63,761 nucleotides of DNA, filler included, from Octopus bimaculoides (GCF_001194135.2; 4 parts of 4 records of this genome joined end to end with filler, not necessarily neighbours in it), one strand, 5' to 3'. Positions 38,868 through 52,899 are shown, numbered from the whole stretch's first letter. Translations and numbers: made by a program. The notes: a model not told the origin generated them from the sequence alone.

Positions 38868-40215
38868 CTGAATGTCAAATAGATTTTGATGTTCTGAGTT
38901 TAAAAATAACTCCAAAACCACAAACTCACATAAAATAGCAGCCAAGAAAGAATATTAAAAATGAAACAAAAAAAAAATAATAAATAAAACATGTAAAATA
39001 ACAAATCTCAATAGAAAAGTTCCAATATTCTATGAATGCAAAAATGAGTTGAAAACTGCCTCCTTATGATAAACTAAAATTTACTGGTGCTTTATAGTTT
39101 TGGTTTGAATTAAAATATATTTATCTAACAGAAAGAAGTAATTTTAGAAATGTAGTTTATTAATGTCACCTATTACAATATTTTAGTAATTTTAATCAAG
39201 ACTAATAAACATAAACAAATGACGATTGATTTCATTATGTAATATTTACTATATGTATATTATAATACATCCATCCATACATATGTATTTTATAAAGCAA
39301 TTTTTAATATATATGTATTATGTCTATATATATGTATATCTACATATTAGATAATATAAAATAAAAAAACTATAAATGATAAAATGGTTGGGATTCTTTG
39401 TTTAATCAAATAATTGAAATTAAAATCCATTGCTCTTCTTGCATTTTATTGAATGAAAGAAAAATGTGTCAAGGATTTGTCCCCACAACATAATTTGAAA
39501 CTATACACAGAATGTAATACTTGTTTTCCGAGTATTTTAGTGTCTAATTTTTATTTATTGAAAATAGCCTCTTAGATCTTAAATTTACAATGAAATCAAG
39601 AGTTGACCAAAAATGAAAATTAAATATAATGAGTGTGATTTAGTTGACTAAGTAAAAAGAAATGTATTTTGAATCAATCTTTGTTTATATAAAACAAAAC
39701 CTAAACAAAACTTCTAATGAATATCACAAGAATTTGGACAAAAATGAAAGAAATAGCAGCCACAAGAAAAAAAAAATATCTAGCCATTTCAAAGTCTTCC
39801 CAAAGTTACAGAATGAATAAGAATAAAAATATTTGTGTATGTTTTACAACATTCTAAACTGCATTTTATTACTTTAACTGTATTGTTCAAAGCAAATAAT
39901 AACTGCCAATCCATGATACAGAGACTGAATCTAGAAAAACTAAGCTATAAACAATAGCTAAGATAAAATTAGACTGCAATGCCTTAAAAAAGTAGATGAG
40001 AAATAACCATATCAAGAAAAATAACTAATGACAAATTTATAAAATTTACTAAGAGACATTCTTCAGAAAAAACTATCAAGAATTTAGTCTTCACGAAGGA
40101 AAGCTTAGTTAGTAGTAAGGTGTGTACACAGCCAAAGGCACAAGTGACCACAAATGTGTACTAGTAGAAGTATCAGTAACATCAAAACCATGCAAGAGAA
40201 AAAAGACAGATTTAC

Positions 40216-40239
40216 CTTTCCGCAAAAAATACGAATGGC
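40216..40239 (-). CDS. 24-nt microexon (GHSYFLRK or AIRIFCGK)
   Basis: tctttttttcattttag| acceptor and AAG|gtaaat donor, both strong. Confidence 0.6.
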
Positions 40240-40536
40240 CTAAAATGAAAAAAAGACAATATGAGTCAATCCCCACTAATTCCTCATACTGAACAATAGA
40301 TAAAATTTGGCTGCATAGAAATTGCTAGGATCTAATTACTACAGACAAATACATATCCCTAGAAAAAGGACTACAGCTAGAGAAACTATGTAAAAGATTA
40401 TGTATACTAAGCTTTGTTTCGGAAAGTAGCAACAAAGATGCAGAGAATAGTTAAACCAAAAGAAAAAAAAAAGAGAGGAAAAAAAAAGACAATGATAGCA
40501 AATATTGAGAACAGAGATCTGTCATTATATAAATAC

Positions 40537-40586
40537 CATCTTGCGTAAAGATTTGACAACAGTGACACTGCCCACAACTACACCAT
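40537..40586 (-). CDS. 50-nt exon (WCSCGQCHCCQIFTQD or DGVVVGSVTVVKSLRKM)
   Basis: ttgttgttctctgttacag| acceptor, ATG|gtattt donor; locally GC-richer than flanks. Confidence 0.55.
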
Positions 40587-41062
40587 CTGTAACAGAGAAC
40601 AACAACTAAAACCCATCAAACAAGACAATCACAAAAAAAAAACTTAGTTTTTCTTTTTTTTTTCTTTTCTCAAATTATTTCTAAAGGAAGTGTAGTTTTA
40701 AAAAGACTGCTTNNNNNNNNNNNNNNNNNNNNNNNNNNNNNNNNNNNNNNNNNNNNNNNNNNNNNNNNNNNNNNNNNNNNNNNNNNNNNNNNNNNNNNNN
40801 NNNNNNNNNNNNNNNNNNNNNNNNNNNNNNNNNNNNNNNNNNNNNNNNNNNNNNNNNNNNNNNNNNNNNNNNNNNNNNNNNNNNNNNNNNNNNNNNNNNN
40901 NNNNNNNNNNNNNNNNNNNNNNNNNNNNNNNNNNNNNNNNNNNNNNNNNNNNNNNNNNNNNNNNNNNNNNNNNNNNNNNNNNNNNNNNNNNNNNNNNNNN
41001 NNNNNNNNNNNNNNNNNNNNNNNNNNNNNNNNNNNNNNNNNNNNNNNNNNNNNNNNNNNNNN

Positions 41063-41128
<66 letters not shown>

Positions 41129-42045
41129 AACAAAGGAACTTTGAAGTAAATGCTACCAAAAAAAAAAGGCCATTTATTTCCTACTCTAAGAATTTTATCC
41201 AAATTATAAACGGCAACTATTAGTGGGGTAGAATTTATAAAGGCTAAGCCATATAAGTGAAGAAGAAGGTAGAAAAAAAGAATGAAAACAGTAGGAGAAA
41301 ATAGAAGTGGCTGGTGAGAGAGGCTAAGAAAAGAGAAATAGGAAGTCAGAAAATAGTTAGGAAATTTATAGAGTATGTATTTTTTTTAATCGAATGTTCA
41401 ATATGTTTAGTTACATGCTAGAGAATGTGATTTTTAATTACTCTGCCAATAATGTAAAAACTTAATTAGTTATGTCCAAGTGACAGATGAAAGAAATCAG
41501 AGAGTGTTACAATATCTCATGTATGAAAATTATCTCAATCAAGAGGCTTTTTTTATTTTTGCATGGAAAAACCTGAATGATGCAATTAATGCCCTAGTGA
41601 AAATATACTATGAAAAATGAAGATGTATTATATATTGTAATGAGTCAATAACATTCTAGAAAATGATTTAGTAGATATGCTTTCATGAAGAATGTATATG
41701 AATGGTAGATACAATATCTTATCAAATAAATGGAATGGCCACAAATTTACATTCAGCATTTGATAGAAATAAAAATCTTCAATGACAATCAGCAAAGGTC
41801 ATAAAAATTAATGAATAATTAAAAGCATAAAGTGAAAACTACATATAAAATAGAATATTCGATCTGGGACAACAAGGTTTCAACTATAAATTTCAATAAA
41901 TTTCAATGATAATTAGTTCAAATTCTTAATATAGAAAAAANNNNNNNNNNNNNNNNNNNNNNNNNNNNNNNNNNNNNNNNNNNNNNNNNNNNNNNNNNNN
42001 NNNNNNNNNNNNNNNNNNNNNNNNNNNNNNNNNNNNNNNNNNNNN

Positions 42046-42090
<45 letters not shown>

Positions 42091-42621
42091 CTATATATAT
42101 ACACATACATACGCATATACATATATACACATCAATCATAAATAAAAGAGAATGTGTGTATATATAGACATACAACTGTAAGGCAAATATATGCATATGA
42201 ATAAGTATAGAGTCAGTACATATATATACATATATACACATACATATATATGTATGTATACATTTATATATACAGACAAACACAGATACAGGAGAACATA
42301 AACAGGCAGAGAGAATAAATACATGTCTATAAATATGTATATACAAAGAAAAAAATGTATGCATATGAATACATATACTAATATGTGCATATATATATAA
42401 ATGTATATATACAACTGTGTGTATATATATATATATATTAATAAAAAATATATACGATAATATACACATCATTATACTTTCAACAAACTTTAAAAAGTAA
42501 CAAGAGCCACTAATATATAGCATTCTACACGTAGATAGATGATATACATAATATTAAAATACAACATGTATATGCATATATACCAATATATATATGCACA
42601 AACACATCTATCATCCTACAC

Positions 42622-42674
<53 letters not shown>

Positions 42675-43363
42675 TACATACATATACACAGACATAAATA
42701 AGGACACACAGGATACATGTAGAAACAGAGACATATGCATGCCCACACATATATATTGTAAAAATATATTATATATATATAAATCTATCTACATGCATGT
42801 TTGTGTGTGTGTATATACACACACGTTTACACTAATTCAAATATAATGGTTAATATAATTGCATATATATGTAAATATACAAAAATATACATATTTGTTT
42901 ATTTATGTGTGTATGTATGTATGTATGTATGTCTGTCTATATCTATATATATATATACACACACATACATGATGATCTGAGGCATTTATTCACCTACTCG
43001 TTGGAGTGAAAACATGGGTAGGCAAATTTTTGATTATTTCCTATGTTGATTCTGTTATTTTAAATTGTATTTCTATTACACATTTTGATATGTTTTCATC
43101 ATAATACAAATAAAATTAAATGAGTATCCACTATATTACTTCTCCATTTTCTTATGTACACTTAACAGATTATCCCCATGTATTGAGGAATTTTATCTCA
43201 ATATATTAAATGAGAACACCATTTCATATCTGGAAGTTTCAAAATCCCTGACAAGTAAATTACATTATCATTTTGGACAGTATACATCCATATATATATA
43301 TCTAGATAGATACATATGTCCATATGTACATATGTATATCCATATATATATATATATGTACAT

Positions 43364-43418
<55 letters not shown>

Positions 43419-43789
43419 NNNNNNNNNNNNNNNNNNNNNNNNNNNNNNNNNNNNNNNNNNNNNNNNNNNNNNNNNNNNNNNNNNNNNNNNNNNNNNNNNN
43501 NNNNNNNNNNNNNNNNNNNNNNNNNNNNNNNNNNNNNNNNNNNNNNNNNNNNNNNNNNNNNNNNNNNNNNNNNNNNNNNNNNNNNNNNNNNNNNNNNNNN
43601 NNNNNNNNNNNNNNNNNNNNNNNNNNNNNNNTACATATACATATATATATAAATATATATATAAATATACATATAAATACATATACATAAATATATATAC
43701 ATATATGTATAAAAAATTTAGATTCAAGGTGAATATGGTGCTTACGTTTAGGCACCAGAATTAAGTATGGTATTATCCATACAGTTTCA

Positions 43790-44195
43790 AAATAAGGTGA
43801 TTAAAGTCAAAATAAGCAACAAGGATATCCAAAATTAATGCACTATGATCGTTTCATGCGACTCCATTTAATTAAGCAATGTGAACATTACATCAAATGG
43901 AAAATGCAGAGCAATCCTCAGCTGCACAAGGATAACTTTACACCAATAAAGTACAGACAACTAACTCAACTCTACAGTAAACTACCACATATGTACGGTC
44001 AACCTAAGATTCACAAGGATGGTATTCCATTAAGATCTATAGTGAGCTATAGAGGTTCTGCATGTCATCCTCTAAGCCACTTCCTTGTGGATATAATCAG
44101 TCCATTAGCAGGTAAGTCAACATCGTACGTGAAGAATTCTACCCACTTCAGAGAATTGATCAAGGATGCCCCCATTGAATCCACCCAGATGGTAT
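43790..44195 (+). mobile_element. Penelope/Poseidon-type RT N-terminal fragment
   Basis: PHMYGQPKIHKDGIPLRSIVSYRGS...ISPLAGKSTSYVKNSTHF, the typical PLE YGLPKIHK...RPIVS...VKNS segment; breaks off before the SFD motif. Confidence 0.85.
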
Positions 44196-44431
44196 ATGTA
44201 TTAACAAATTAATTTTTTGAAGTGAATCTAACAGTTTTTGTGTGTTTTTCAATGTATTATAAACACCCTCCACTCTGCAACTGTTTTTGTTTCCGCACAC
44301 AATCAGGTCACATGCTTTGAAAGTACTTCGTAAATAAATACATACATACATACACATATATACATATATGTATGCATATATACATACCTATACATATATA
44401 TATTTATACATATATACATACACACATACAT

Positions 44432-44530
<99 letters not shown>

Positions 44531-44569
44531 TACGTACTTATATATATATATACTTACACACATATATAT

Positions 44570-45661
44570 CATCATCATTAACATCGTTTAACGTCCGCTT
44601 TCCATGCTAGCATGGGTTGGACGATTTGACTGAGAAATGGCGAACCAGATGGCTGCACCAGGCTTCAATCTGATCTGGCAGACTTTCTACAGCTGGATGC
44701 CCTTCCTAATGCCAACCACTCCGAGAGTGTAGTGGGTGCTTTTACGCGCCACCAGCACGAGGGCCAGTTAGGCGGTGCTAGCAACGGTCATGCTCAAATG
44801 GTGTTTTTTATGTGCCACCTGCACAGGAGTCAGTCCAGCAGCACTGGCAACAACCTCGCTCGAATGCTTTGTTCATGTGCCCCCAGCACAAGTGCCAGTG
44901 AGACGAAGCTGGTAACGATCATACTCAAATGGTGCTTCTTACATGCCACCAGCATAAAAGCTAGACAACTGCTCTGACAATAATCCCACTCGGATGGCGC
45001 TGTTGACGCTCAGCTGGCCCTGGTGCCAGTCATCAAATTTGTTTCAATTTCGATTTCACTTGCCCCAACAGGTCTTTGCAAGCAGAGTTTAGAGTCCAAA
45101 GAAGGAAGGTTGGCATGGGTGCCAGTCGTCGAATTTGGTTCAATTTCGGATTCGATTTCGATTTCACTTGCCTCAACAGGTTTTCGCAAGCAGGGTTCAG
45201 GGTCCACAAAAGAAAGGTACATGTAAGTGGGCTGGCTACACCCATGGTAAAGGCCATGGGCTATGGTCTCAATTGTCTTGCTGGGTCTTTTCACGCACAA
45301 CATATTTTCAAAGGTCTTGGTCACTAGTCATCGCCTCGGTGAGGCCTAATGTTCGAAGGTCGTGCTTCACCACTTTATCCCAGGTCTTCCTGGGTCTACC
45401 TCTTCCACAGGTTCCCTCAACTGTTAGGGTGTGTCACTTTTTCACACTGCTATCCTCATCCATTCTTGCCACATGACCATACCAATGCAATCGTCTTTCT
45501 TGCACAGCACAATTGATGCTTCTTATGTCCAACTTTTGACACTCTGTCGAGTATGCACGCTAACACTACACTTCCATTGAAGCATACTGGCTTCATTCCT
45601 TGTTAGCTTACGCATGTCCTCAGCAGTCATGGCCCATGTTTCACTGCTATGTAGCATGGCT

Positions 45662-45665
<4 letters not shown>
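44570..45665 (-). mobile_element. RTE-clade LINE 3' end, copy 1
   Basis: MLHSSETW, ERRLHWYGHVARM, GRGRPRKTW, 3'UTR and (ATG)n tail. Confidence 0.9.
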
Positions 45666-45694
<29 letters not shown>

Positions 45695-45897
45695 NNNNNN
45701 NNNNNNNNNNNNNNNNNNNNNNNNNNNNNNNNNNNNNNNNNNNNNNNNNNNNNNNNNNNNNNNNNNNNNNNNNNNNNNNNNNNNNNNNNNNNNNNNNNNN
45801 NNNNNNNNNNNNNNNNNNNNNNNNNNNNNNNNNNNNNNNNNNNNNNNNNNNNNNNNNNNNNNNNNNNNNNNNNNNNNNNNNNNNNNNNNNNNNNNNN

Positions 45898-46828
45898 GCT
45901 CCAATCTGATTTGGCAGAGTTTCTACAGCTGGATGCCCTTCCTAATGTCAACCACTCCGAGAGTGTAGTAGGTGCTTTTATGTGTCACCTGCATGAAGGC
46001 CAGTCAGGCGATACTGGCAACGGCCATGCTCAAGATGGTGTATTTTATGTGCCACCCGCACAAGAGCCAGTCCAGGATCACTGGTAACAATCTTGCTCGA
46101 AAGTCCTTACACATGCTGCGGGCAAAAGTGCCAGAAAGGTGACGCTGGGCACAGGTGCCATCTCGATTTCGCTTTCGCTTGCCCCAATAAATCTTCGCAA
46201 GCTGAGTTTCATGTCCAATGAAGGAGATGACGTTGGCATGGGTGCCAGTCGTCGAATTTAGCTCGATTTCGATTTAACTTGCCTCAACAGGATTTCGCAA
46301 GCGGAGTTTAGTGTCCAATGAAGGAAAGGTACGCATAAGTGGTCTGGCTACACCCCTGGCAGAGGCCTTAGATTTAGGTCTCACTTGGCCTTCCGGGTCT
46401 TCTCACGCACAGCATATTTCCAAAGGTCTCAGTCAGAAGTCATCGTCTCGGTGAGGCCCAATGTTCGGAGGTCTTGCCTCACCACCTCATCCCAGGTCTT
46501 CCTGGGCCTGCCTCTTCCACAGGTTCCCTCCACTGCTAGGGTGTGGCACGTTTTCACACAGCTATCCTCGTCCATTCTCGCCACATAACCATACCAACGC
46601 AATCACCTCTCTTGCACACCACAACTGATGCTTCTTAGGTACAACTTTTCGCTCAAGGTACTTACACTCTGTCTAGTATGCACACTGACATTACACATCT
46701 ATCGGAGCATACTGGCTTCATTTCTTGCGAGCCTACGCATGTCTTCAGCAGTCACAGCCCATGTTTCACTGCCATGAAGCATAGCTGTTCGTACACATGC
46801 ATCATAGAGTCTGCCTTTTACTCTGAGC
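45898..46828 (-). mobile_element. RTE-clade LINE 3' end, copy 2
   Basis: LRVKGRLYDACVRTAMLHGSETW, RRLRWYGYVARM, GRGRPRKTWDEVV; tail lies in the gap. Confidence 0.9.
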
Positions 46829-46857
46829 AATGTGGTTGGCGTTAGGAAGGGCATCCA

Positions 46858-46957
46858 NNNNNNNNNNNNNNNNNNNNNNNNNNNNNNNNNNNNNNNNNNN
46901 NTTAATTAATTAANNNNNNNNNNNNNNNNNNNNNNNNNNNNNNNNNNNNNNNNNNNN
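46858..46957. other. Artificial scaffold linker 2
   Basis: 44 N + TTAATTAATTAA (46902-46913) + 44 N. Confidence 0.95.
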
Positions 46958-47024
46958 CACAAGAATCCTATTTCTGACTATCTCGACATTTTTCCTTCAG
47001 ATACATTGTATCTGATATTTCTTT

Positions 47025-47237
47025 TCTTCTCTAGGCACAAGGCCCGAAATTCTGAGGGAACGGGGGCCAGTCGATTAGCTCGACCCTAGTACGCAACTGG
47101 TACTTAATTTATCGACCCCTGAAAGGATGAAAGGCAAAAGTCGACCTCGGCGGAATTTGAACTCAGAACGTAAGGACAGACGAAATGCCGCTAAGCATTT
47201 TGCCCGGCGTGCTAACGATTCTGTCAGCTCGACACCT
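47025..47237 (-). mobile_element. SINE family A, well preserved
   Basis: Reverse-complement full copy. Confidence 0.9.
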
Positions 47238-47879
47238 TACATTGTATTTGATATTACACTATCTCGTGTTTTGTTACCCCACCCCACCTTTTATTTTTGT
47301 AAAACGATAGGGTATAATACCCTTGGCTGCTATGTCTAGCATGGTGAGCCAGCGTATAAACGGTGCTTAGTTTAGCAATGTGCAGCTAGACACACTGATA
47401 GGTGTAGTTAAGAACACACATGCGCGCACGCACGCATGCACACACACACACACACACACACACAGAGGAGTATATAGATACATCGTTGGATCTTTCTTTT
47501 CTGTTTCTCATCTACCAAAACATCTAAACACACACCACGCACGCGCGCGCGTCGGCAGATGCCCACAGGCTTTGCGGATACAAGCTCACACACGCACTCA
47601 CGTAATGATTGTATCCATTCACACACACACACACACACACACATACTATACGCACACATATATACTATAGGCAACGAGGAGTCCTATAGGAACTCTCAGT
47701 TTGCTAGAAATACCAACTTAAACTTATTCTGCCTTAGATTACACCCTATTTACTGTCTTAACAAAGAGCGAATGACACATTAGATACCATGTAGTCTCGC
47801 ACAGATAACTAAAAAAAGCGGGATGGTTACGGTTGGAATGTCACACAACGAGCCGAAGCTGGGAGTTTCTAACTACAAA

Positions 47880-48095
47880 GAGAGCATTGCAATGCTTCGA
47901 TTATCTTTCATTACAGGTCTGCTCTGTTAGGGCTGGCTTAGGGCTGAACACAACGAAGGGAGCATCTACAAGGTCTGTTAGAAATAGCAGCCGAATCTCC
48001 CTGTAATAACATCCTACTGCTTAAAAATTCTACAAGGTCATGGTCGAAAAGCGTTTGGTTATAAACCTGCTCCATTGTGGTCGACCTGGGGCTAA
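47880..48095 (+). mobile_element. Dispersed repeat family D
   Basis: TTAGAAATAGCAGCCGAATCTCCCT and GACCTGGGGCTAAACA end. Confidence 0.55.
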
Positions 48096-48132
48096 ACATA
48101 CATACAATTATACACTCAAACGTTATACAGAA

Positions 48133-48171
<39 letters not shown>

Positions 48172-48711
48172 ACACACACCTATAAGTATAAACACAAACA
48201 TATCTGCATGTACACACACACATACACTCAGACTCGTATCACTTCCTACACAAACACGCACTTACACACTAATAAACAAATATAATCACGCACACACACA
48301 CACACACTCACTCACAAACACACACGCAGACACATACACACCCACAAATATATATATATAAAGATTAATCCATAGTTGCAGAGATTTGTTTCCAACAAAA
48401 AAAAAAAAAAATTCAAACAGAAGCAATACAGCTGGAGGAGGTGGTGGTNNNNNNNNNNNNNNAGATTTGTTTCCAACAAAAAAAAAAAAAAATTCAAACA
48501 GAAGCAATACAGCTGGAGGAGGTGGTGGTGGTAGTCGTGTAAATGATGGTGTTGATGATGATGATGGGGGAAGGTGTGTGTGTGTGTGAGTGAGTGTGTG
48601 TGTGTATTGGTACGCGCACGCACCTACTTTAACCCTCCTCAGCCGAAGAAGGAACTCCCGGAGGATAGAGAAGGAAGTTGTATTAGCGGCGATAGTAGTA
48701 GTGGTAGTGGT

Positions 48712-48743
<32 letters not shown>

Positions 48744-48854
48744 TAGTAGTAGTCGTGGTGGTGGTTGTGAAGCAATAGTAACAAGCTAAACATGACGAAA
48801 AAAAAAATATATCGGCTGCCTCCGTGAAAATACAAAGCAGGACCTTCTGAATGT

Positions 48855-48892
<38 letters not shown>

Positions 48893-49447
48893 TGCGTGTG
48901 TGTATACACACACATAAACACAAATACATACGTATAATGCACACGCGCGCACACATTTGCAGACGTCTAGTTTCTCTTTTTTGTCTATCTGTCCGTCTCT
49001 CGAAATCTGTCGATGTATATATATATATATATATATATATNNNNNNNNNNNNNNNNNNNNNNNNNNNNNNNNNNNNNNNNNNNNNNNNNNNNNNNNNNNN
49101 NNNNNNNNNNNNNNNNNNNNNNNNNNNNNNNNNNNNNNNNNNNNNNNNNNNNNNNNNNNNNNNNNNNNNNNNNNNNNNNNNNNNNNNNNNNNNNNNNNNN
49201 NNNNNNNNNNNNNNNNNNNNNNNNNNNNNNNNNNNNNNNNNNNNNNNNNNNNNNNNNNNNNNNNNNNNNNNNNNNNNNNNNNNNNNNNNNNNNNNNNNNN
49301 NNNNNNNNNNNNNNNNNNNNNNNNNNNNNNNNNNNNNNNNNNNNNNNNNNNNNNNNNNNNNNNNNNNNNNNNNNNNNNNNNNNNNNNNNNNNNNNNNNNN
49401 NNNNNNNNNNNNNNNNNNNNNNNATATATATATGCCTGTCTATCTAT

Positions 49448-49533
<86 letters not shown>

Positions 49534-49845
49534 GTCGGTCTCTCTCTCTCTCGTTCTCTCTGTCTGGTTTATGTGTCAGGTCTGTCTGCCTTTCGAGCTC
49601 TCTTTATCCATTCACGTTTACATTCTATTCGTGTATCTTAGCATTTTGTTTGTGCACCGTGAATGTATCCTTGCACACAGTTAGTTTACTGAATGGTTAA
49701 TTGAATGCATGCAATCACACACACACGTACACACACACACGTACACACACGTACACGTACACACACACACGTACACACACATACACACAACACACAAACA
49801 CGCACATGGACATAAAGATAGTGTTAGCATTTGATATATATATAC

Positions 49846-49879
<34 letters not shown>

Positions 49880-50201
49880 ATACATGTATACATATATATA
49901 TACGATTGGCATGTGTGTGTGTATACATGTATATATATATATACGTTGTGGCATGTGGGTGTGAGTGTGTGTAAGTATATTTATATGTAAATGTGCACGA
50001 ATACACACATAAACACACACACACACAGACATGTACATATATTTAAACATACATAGGCGTGTGAATAAAAGACAACGTTTATACATAGGCAACGCACACT
50101 CACATATTCATATGCAAACGCACACACTCATGCGTGCATACACACATGCATGCACACATGTACACACAAGCATACAGTACGACAGGGAAAGATTTACCAT
50201 A

Positions 50202-50235
<34 letters not shown>

Positions 50236-50819
50236 NNNNNNNNNNNNNNNNNNNNNNNNNNNNNNNNNNNNNNNNNNNNNNNNNNNNNNNNNNNNNNNNN
50301 NNNNNNNNNNNNNNNNNNNNNNNNNNNNNNNNNNNNNNNNNNNNNNNNNNNNNNNNNNNNNNNNNNNNNNNNNNNNNNNNNNNNNNNNNNNNNNNNNNNN
50401 NNNNNNNNNNNNNNNNNNNNNNNNNNNNNNNNNNNNNNNNNNNNNNNNNNNNNNNNNNNNNNNNNNNNNNNNNNNNNNNNNNNNNNNNNNNNNNNNNNNN
50501 NNNNNNNNNNNNNNNNNNNNNNNNNNNNNNNNNNNNNNNNNNNNNNNNNNNNNNNNNNNNNNNNNNNNNNNNNNNNNNNNNNNNNNNNNNNNNNNNNNNN
50601 NNNNNNNNNNNNNNNNNTTGTTGTTGTTGTTGTTGTTGTTGTTGTTGCTGTTGTTGTTGTTGTTATTGTTGCTACCTAGTGCTGTTGTTTCTTAACAAAA
50701 ATCGATAGATCAATTGCTAAATATTTAAACAAACACTGCAATAATGATGATGATGATGATAACGATTTCTCTTATTTGTCACAGGGGGCATAGAAGGGGG
50801 GTGGTGGAAGGAACCATCC

Positions 50820-50959
50820 TGTCTACTATAGGCACCAGACCTGCGATTTTGAGGGGAGGGGGAGGGGGCTAGTCGATTACATCGACCCAGTGCTCGACTG
50901 GTACTTTAATCATAATAATAATAATGATAATAATAATAATGATAATAATAATAATAATG

Positions 50960-51051
<92 letters not shown>

Positions 51052-51119
51052 AATAATAATGTTTTGTGAAATAACCACTAATGGACGACAAAAAAAAACA
51101 ATGAATGATATACAACAGC

Positions 51120-51150
<31 letters not shown>

Positions 51151-51240
51151 GTTTCGAATTTTGACACAAGGCCACCAGTTCTGTGGAGAGGGAAGGTGGA
51201 AGTTGTTAATCGGTACCATTGTCCCAGTATTTGACTGGTA
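50820..51240 (-). mobile_element. Two truncated SINE family A tails separated by (AAT)n
   Basis: GGCACCAGACC...GTCGATTACATCGACCC (50830-50905) and TTTCGAATTTTGACACAAGGCC (51150-51240). Confidence 0.65.
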
Positions 51241-51263
51241 GTAGTAGTAGTAGTAGTAGTGGT

Positions 51264-51324
<61 letters not shown>

Positions 51325-52060
51325 ATGTTAATGATAGTAATGACAACAACAATGATGACGATGACAGTGACGATGATGATGATGATGATGGTGATGATGG
51401 TCTGCCATATTTGCCACAGGGGCAGCGTCAGATGGGATATGAGGGAAACGTTAATTACAAAGACAGCTTAGAATTTGCGCGCACGCGCGCGCCTATGTGT
51501 GTGTGTGTCTGTGTAGGGGGGAGGTACGGGTTACATAAAAAAGAGAGAGAGAGAGAGAGAGAGAATAAGACGGGTAGGGGGTGAGTGAAGAAGCAAACAA
51601 AGATTTCTAACTTAAACAACAACAAAATAATAATAATAATAATAATGATAATAATAATAGTAATGATAATGATAATAATAATGATAATTAATAATATTAA
51701 TAATGATAATAATAATAATGATAAGAATAACAACGTTATCTTTTAAAGATTTGTAAATGAGTGTTTCGATTCTTTGCATCCGAAGAAACCATCCCGAAAT
51801 ATACAGTAGCATTGCGTTTAGAAAGCAAGAATACATACAATGCCAACATTAACAACTGTACTAATAACAGCAACAATTTCTAATAATAATAATAATAATA
51901 TTAATAATGATAATAATAATAATAATAATGCATTCTTTTCGTTGCGCTACTTACCATATTTTTTTAACAAAAATCCATAGGATGTAAATGTCGCCAAATA
52001 GACAGGTATATAATGAATAAATATATATATATATATGTGTATATATATACTATATATCTG

Positions 52061-52139
<79 letters not shown>

Positions 52140-52275
52140 ATGTATATATGTATATGTATATATATATTTGTATATGAAATATATATATGATATAATAAGA
52201 TGTAATATCTCGATATAGGTAAATGTATATGTATATATGTATATATAAATATGTATATATATATATATGTGTATA

Positions 52276-52320
<45 letters not shown>

Positions 52321-52862
52321 GTATATATAGACGTGTGTGTATGTGTGTATGTATATTTTGTTTGTGTTTAATACAATGGGAAAAATAATATTGGGGAGAT
52401 ATGAGACAGAATTGTAAACGTTTTGTCCACAGCGCGATTTAAAAGTAGTATGAGAGATGGAACAAAAGTGAGGGAGCGAGAGATTGAGTGAGAGTGTGAG
52501 AGAGTGAGTGAGTGAGTGATTGATTGATTGAGTGTGTGAGTGAGTGAGTGAGAGTGTAAGAGGGAGGGAGGGAGTAAATGAAATTGTGAGAGCGAGCAAG
52601 AACAAGAGTAAGAGCGTGGGAGAGAACGAGTGAGAGGTGTGAGAGAGAGAGAAAGTGGAAGAGTGAGTGAGTGAATGAGTGAGTGAGGGATTGAAACAGT
52701 GAGTGAGGGAATGAGTGAGGAGTGAGAGAATAAATGAAAGAGATTGAGGGAGAAGTACTGATTGATATGAAAGGAAGATTTACTTATAAGTGAATGAGAG
52801 AGGGAGGAAGAGAGAAAGGGAGAGAGAGAGAGAGAGAGAGAATTAGAGAAGAATAGAAGTGT

Positions 52863-52899
<37 letters not shown>

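Noticed and set aside
46832-46857. Twin-priming 5' inversion of the RTE
   Set aside because: The inverted piece duplicates sequence already present in the element's 3'UTR, which twin priming does not produce.
48382-48529. 67-bp direct duplication around a 14-N gap
   Set aside because: Typical unmerged contig overlap, an assembly artefact.
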